A stretch of 64,000 nucleotides of DNA from NCBI RefSeq assembly GCF_009914755.1, contig NC_060937.1. One strand, 5' to 3'. The first letter of the stretch is position 1. Each line of letters begins with the position of its first letter. The notes beneath the pieces were generated by a model. The model ran no database searches. It was not told the origin of the DNA and saw only the letters and a list, made by a program, of their open reading frames with translations. The stretch comes from the human T2T-CHM13v2.0 reference genome, Homo sapiens. Positions 58,793 through 64,000 of this stretch are shown here, piece after piece. The translations under genes were made by a program, and so were the position numbers.

Positions 58793-61700
58793 AAAAGATG
58801 GGTTCAGCTCTGTGAGTTGAATGCACACATCACAAAGAAGTTTCTCAGAATGCTTCTGTGTATTTTTTGTGTGAAGATATTTCCTTTTCCACAATGGACC
58901 TCAAAGCGCTCCAAATATCCACTTGTAGAATCTACAAAAGAGTGTTTCAAAACTGCTCAATAAATTGAATTGTTCAAGTCTGTCAGGTAAATGCACACAT
59001 CACAAAGTAGTTTCCCAGAATGCATCTGTGTAGTTTTTATGGGAAGATATTTTCTTTTTCACGATCGGCCACAAATGGCTCCAAATAACCACCTGCATTT
59101 TCTACAAAGAGAGTTTCAAAACTGCTCTATCAAAAGATAAGTTAAACTCGGTGAGTTGAATGCACACATCACAAAGAAGTTTCACAGAACGCTTCTGTGT
59201 AGTTTTTATGGGAAGATATTTCCTTTTCCACCATAAGCCTCAAAGCGCTCCAAATATCCAAGTGGAGATTAAAAAAAAAAAAAAGAGTGTTTCACAACTG
59301 CTCAATGAATTGCAAGGTTCAACACTGTAAGATGAACACACACATCACAAAGAAGTTACTTCTAATGATTCTTGGTCGTTTTTATGGAAAGATATTTCAT
59401 TGTCCACCACCGGCCACAAAGAGCTCCAAATAACCAGTTGCAGATTCAACAAAAAGAGAGTTTCAAAACTGTTCTATCAAAAGAAAGGTTCAACTTTGTG
59501 AGTTGAATGCACACATCACAAAGAAGATTCTCAGTATGCTTCTGTGTAGTTTTTATGTGAAAATATTACTTTTTCCGGGTTTCAAAACTGCTCTATGAAT
59601 AAATAGTTTCAGCTCTCTTAGATGAATGCACACATCATGAAGAAGTTTCTCAGAATTATTACTCCATGTAGTTTTTTTGTGAAGATATTTTTTATTCCAC
59701 TATAGGCCTCAAAGCACTCCAAATATCCACTTGCAGTTTCTACAGAAAGAGTGTCTAAAAACTGCTCAATCAAGAGAAAATTTCAAATGTGTGAGATGCA
59801 TGCACACATCACAAAGAAGTTTCTCAGAATGCTTCTGTGTAGTTTTTACGTGAAGACATTTCCTTTTCCATAATTGACCTGAAATCGCTCCAAATATCCT
59901 CTTGCAGATTCTACAAAAAGAGTGTTTCAAAACTGCTCAATCACAAGAAAGGTTCAACTCTGTGAGACGAATGCACACATTACAAAGAAGTTTCTCAGAA
60001 TACTTCTGTGTAGTTTTTAAAGTGAAGATATTTCCATTTCCACATTAGGCCTGAAAGAGCTCCAAATATCCACTTGAGGGTTCTACAAAAAGAGTGTTTC
60101 CAAACTGCTCACTCAAAAGAGAGATTCAACTCTGTGAGATGAAAGCACACATCACAAAGAAGTTTCTCAGAATGCTTCTGCGTAGTTTTTATGTGGAGAT
60201 ATTTCCTTTTCCACCATTGGCCACAAAGGACTCCAAATATCCATTGCAGATACTACAAAAAGAGAGTTTCGAAACTTCTCTATCAAAAGATAGGTTCAGC
60301 TCTGTGAGATGAATGCACACATCTCAAAGTAATTTCTCAGAATGCTTCTGTATAGTATTTATGTGAAAATATTTCCTTTTCCACATTAGGCCTCAAAGTG
60401 CTCCAAATATCCACTTGCAGATTCTACAAAAAGACTGCTTCAAAACCACTCAATCAAAAAAATGTTTCAACTCTGAGTGATGAATACACACATCACAAAG
60501 TTGTTTCTCAGAATACTTCCGTGTCATTTTTATGTGAAGATATATCCTTTTCCACAAAAGGCCTTCAAGGACTTCAAATATCCACTTGCAGATCCTACTA
60601 AAAGCGTGTTTCCAAACTGCCCAATCAAAAGAAAAGTTCAACTCTGTGAGAGGAATGGACACATCACAAAGAATTTTCTCAGAATGCTCCTGTGTTGTTT
60701 TTATGTGAAGCTATTTCCTTTTCCAAAATAGGACCCAAACCGCTCCAAATATCCACTTGCAGATTCTCCAAAAAGACTATTTGAGAACTGCTCAATCAAT
60801 TGAAATGTTCAACTCAGTGAGACGAATGCACACATCACAGCGAAGCTCCTCAGAAGGCCTCTGTGTAGTTTTTCTGTGAAGATATTTCCATTTGCACAAT
60901 AGGCCTCAAAGCGCTCCAAATATCCACTTTCAGATTCTACAAAAAGAGTGTTTCCGAACAGCTCAATCAACAGAGAGATTCAACTCTGTGAGATGAATGC
61001 ACACATCACAAAGTAGTTTCCCATAATTCTTCTCTGTAGTTTTTACGTGAAGATAAATCCTTTTCCACCATAGGCTGCAAAGGGCTCCAAATATCCACTT
61101 GCAGATTCTAAAAAAAGAGAGTTTCAAAACTGCTCTATCAAAAGATAAATTCAACCCCGTGAATTGAATGCACACATAACAAAGAAGTTTCTCAGAATGC
61201 TTCTGTGTAGTTTTTATGTTAAGATATTACCTTTTAGACAATAGGCCTCAAAGAGCTCCAGTTATCTACTTGCAGGTTCTACAAAAAGAGTGTTTCCCAA
61301 CTGCTCAATCAAAGAGAGGTTCAACTCTTTGGGATGAATGTGCACATCACAAACTAGTTTCTCAGAATTTTTCTCTGTAGTTTTTAGGTGAAGATATATC
61401 CTTTTCCACCATAGACTGCAAAGGGCCCCAAATATCCACCTGCAGATTCTACAAAAAGAGAGTTTGAAAACTGCTTAAAAAAAAGATAGGTTCAACTCTG
61501 TGAGATGAATGCACACATCACAAAGAAGTTTCTCAGAATGCTTCTATGTAGTTTTTATGTGAAGATATTTCCTTTTCCACCATAGGCCACAAAGGACTCT
61601 TAACATCCACTTGCAGGTTCTACAAAAAGAGAGTTTCAAAACTGCTCTACCAAAAGATAGGTTCAACTCTGTGAGGTGATTGCACATATCTCAAAGAAAT

Positions 61701-64000
61701 TTCTCAGAATGCTTCTGTCTAGTTTTTACGTGAAGATATTTCCTTTTAAACCAGAGGCCTCAAAGTGCTCAAAATATCCACCTGGAGATCCTATAAAAAG
61801 AGTGTTTCAAAACATCTCTATCAAAGGAAATGTTCAACTCTGTGTGTTGAATGCACACATCACAAAGTAGTTTCTCAGAATGTTTCTGTGTAGTTTTTAT
61901 GTGAAGATATTTCGTTTTCCACCGTAAGCCACAAAGGGCTCCAAATATTCACTTGCAGATACTACAAAAAGAGAATTTCAAAACAGCTCTATCAAAAGAT
62001 AGGTTCAACACTGTGAGATGAATACATACATCACAAAGAAGTTTCTCATAATCCTTCCGTGTAGCTTTTATGAGAAGATATTTCCTTTACTGCCATGTGA
62101 CACAAAGCACTCAAAATATCCACTTGCAGATCCTATAAAAAGAGTGTTTCAAAACTGCTTAATCAAAGGAAGTTTCTACACTGTGAGATGAATGCACACA
62201 TCACAAAAAAATTTCTCAGAATGCTTCTGTGTAGTTTTTATTGGAAGATAATCCCTTTTCCACCATAGGCAGAAAAGGGCTCAAATACCCACTTGCAGAT
62301 TCTACAGAAACAGAGTTTTGAAACTTCTCTATCAAAAGATAGGTTCAACTCTGTGAGATGTATGCACACATCACAAAGAAGTTTCTCAGAATGCTTCTAT
62401 GTAGTTTTTATATGAAGATATTTCCTTTTCCACAATAGGTCTCAAAAGACTCCAAATATCCACTTGCAGATACTAGAAAAATAGTGTTTCAAAAATGCTT
62501 AATCAAATGAAAGGTTCAACTCTGTGAGATGAAGACAAACATCACAAAGTAGTTTTTCAGAATGCTTCTGTTTATTTTTTATGGGAAGATATTTCTTTTT
62601 CCACCATCTGCCGCAAAGGGCGCAAAATAGCCACTTGCAGATTCTTCGAAAACACAGATAGAAGATTGCTCTATCAAAATATAGTTTCAACTCTGTGAGT
62701 TGAATGCCGACATCACAAAGAAGTTTCTCAGAATGCTTCTGTGTAGTTTTTATTTGAAGATGTTTCCTTTTCCTCCATTGGCTTCAAAGCGTACCAAATA
62801 TCCAATTGCAGACTCTACAAAAAGAGAGTTTCAATACTGCTGTATCAAAAATAGGTTCAACTCTTTGAGTTGAATGCACACATCACAAATTAGTTTCTGA
62901 GAATTCTTCTGTGTTGTTTTTCTGTGAAGATATTTCCATTTCCACAATAGGACTCAAAGCGCTCCAAATATCCACTTTCAGGTTCTACAAAAAGAGTGTC
63001 TCCAAACAGCTCAATCAACAGAGAGATTCAACTCTGTGAGATGAATGCACACACCACAAAAAACTTTCTCAGAATGCTTCTGTGTATTTTTTATGTGAAG
63101 ATATTTCCTTTTCCACCATAGGCCACAAAGGGCTCCAAATATCCAGTTGCATATTCTACATAAAGAGATTTTAAAAACTGCTCTATCAAAAGATAGGTTC
63201 AACCATGTGAGTTGAATACACACATTACAAAGAAGTTTCTCAGAATGCTTCTGTGTAGTTTTTATGTTAAGATATTTCCTTTTCAACAATAGACCTCAAA
63301 GCGCTCCAATTATCCACTTGCAGGTTCTACAAAAAGTGTTTCCCAACTGCTCAATCAAGGGGAAGTTCAACTCTGTGAGATGAATGCACACATCACAAAG
63401 TAGTTTCTCAGAATTCTTCCCTGTATTTTATATGTGAAGATACATCCTTTTCCACCATAGTCCACAAAGGGCTCCAAATATACAGTTGCAGATTCTACTA
63501 AAAGAGAGTTTCAAAACTGCTCTATTAAAAGATAGGTTCAACTCTGTGAGATGATTGCACACATCACAAAGAAGTTTCTCAGAATGTTTCTGTGTAGTTT
63601 TTATGTGAAGATATTTCCTTTTCCACCATAGACCGCAAAGTGCTCTTAACATCCACTTGCAGGTTCTACAAAAAGTGAGTTTCAAAACTACTCTATCAAA
63701 AGATAGGTTCAACTCTGTGAGATGATTGCACACATCAGAAAGGAATTTCTCAGAATGCTTCTGTGGAGTTTTTACGTGAAGATATTTCCTTTTACACCAG
63801 AGGCCTCAAAGTGCTCCAAATATCCACTTGGAGATTCTACGAAAAGAGTGTTTCAAAACTGCTCTATCAAAAGAAAGGTTCAACTCTGTGAGTTGAATGC
63901 ACAAATCACAAAGAAGTTTCTCAGAATGCTTCTATGTAGTTTTTATGTGAAGATATTTCGTTTTCCACCATAGGCCACAAAGGGCTCCAAATATCCACTT
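58793..64000 (-). repeat. Alpha satellite, reverse orientation (continues the 43426-52796 block)
   Basis: Same diagnostics as that block, and the register resumes at the TSD. Confidence 0.95.

Noticed and set aside
59271-59284. A14 run as a retro-insertion tail
   Set aside because: It lies at the monomer's normal A-tract (ctacaaaaagagtg) with no TSD or element body, so it is most simply a slippage expansion.

Overview
This is primate (human/great-ape type) pericentromeric heterochromatin with no intact protein-coding or RNA genes. About 75% is divergent ~171-bp alpha satellite. It forms several blocks with different diagnostic variants and three strand switches (~9730, across 29484/37207, ~43426), and I saw no CENP-B box. 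Three LINE-1 insertions interrupt it: a 5'-inverted L1PA3-like copy (11938-13519), a 5'-truncated L1PA4-like copy (27545-28714), and a full-length but inactivated L1PA2/young L1PA3-like copy (52797-58792) with a 15-bp TSD and a 3' transduction. A 7.7-kb (GGAAT/GGAGT)n HSat3-like block (29482-37212) sits exactly on an alpha-satellite inversion junction. That block is punctuated by ten copies of a ~50-bp Alu 3'-end fragment, which fall into two spatially segregated lineages. All long ORFs outside the L1s are artefacts of repeat sequence. Subfamily names come from remembered consensus diagnostics, not from a search.
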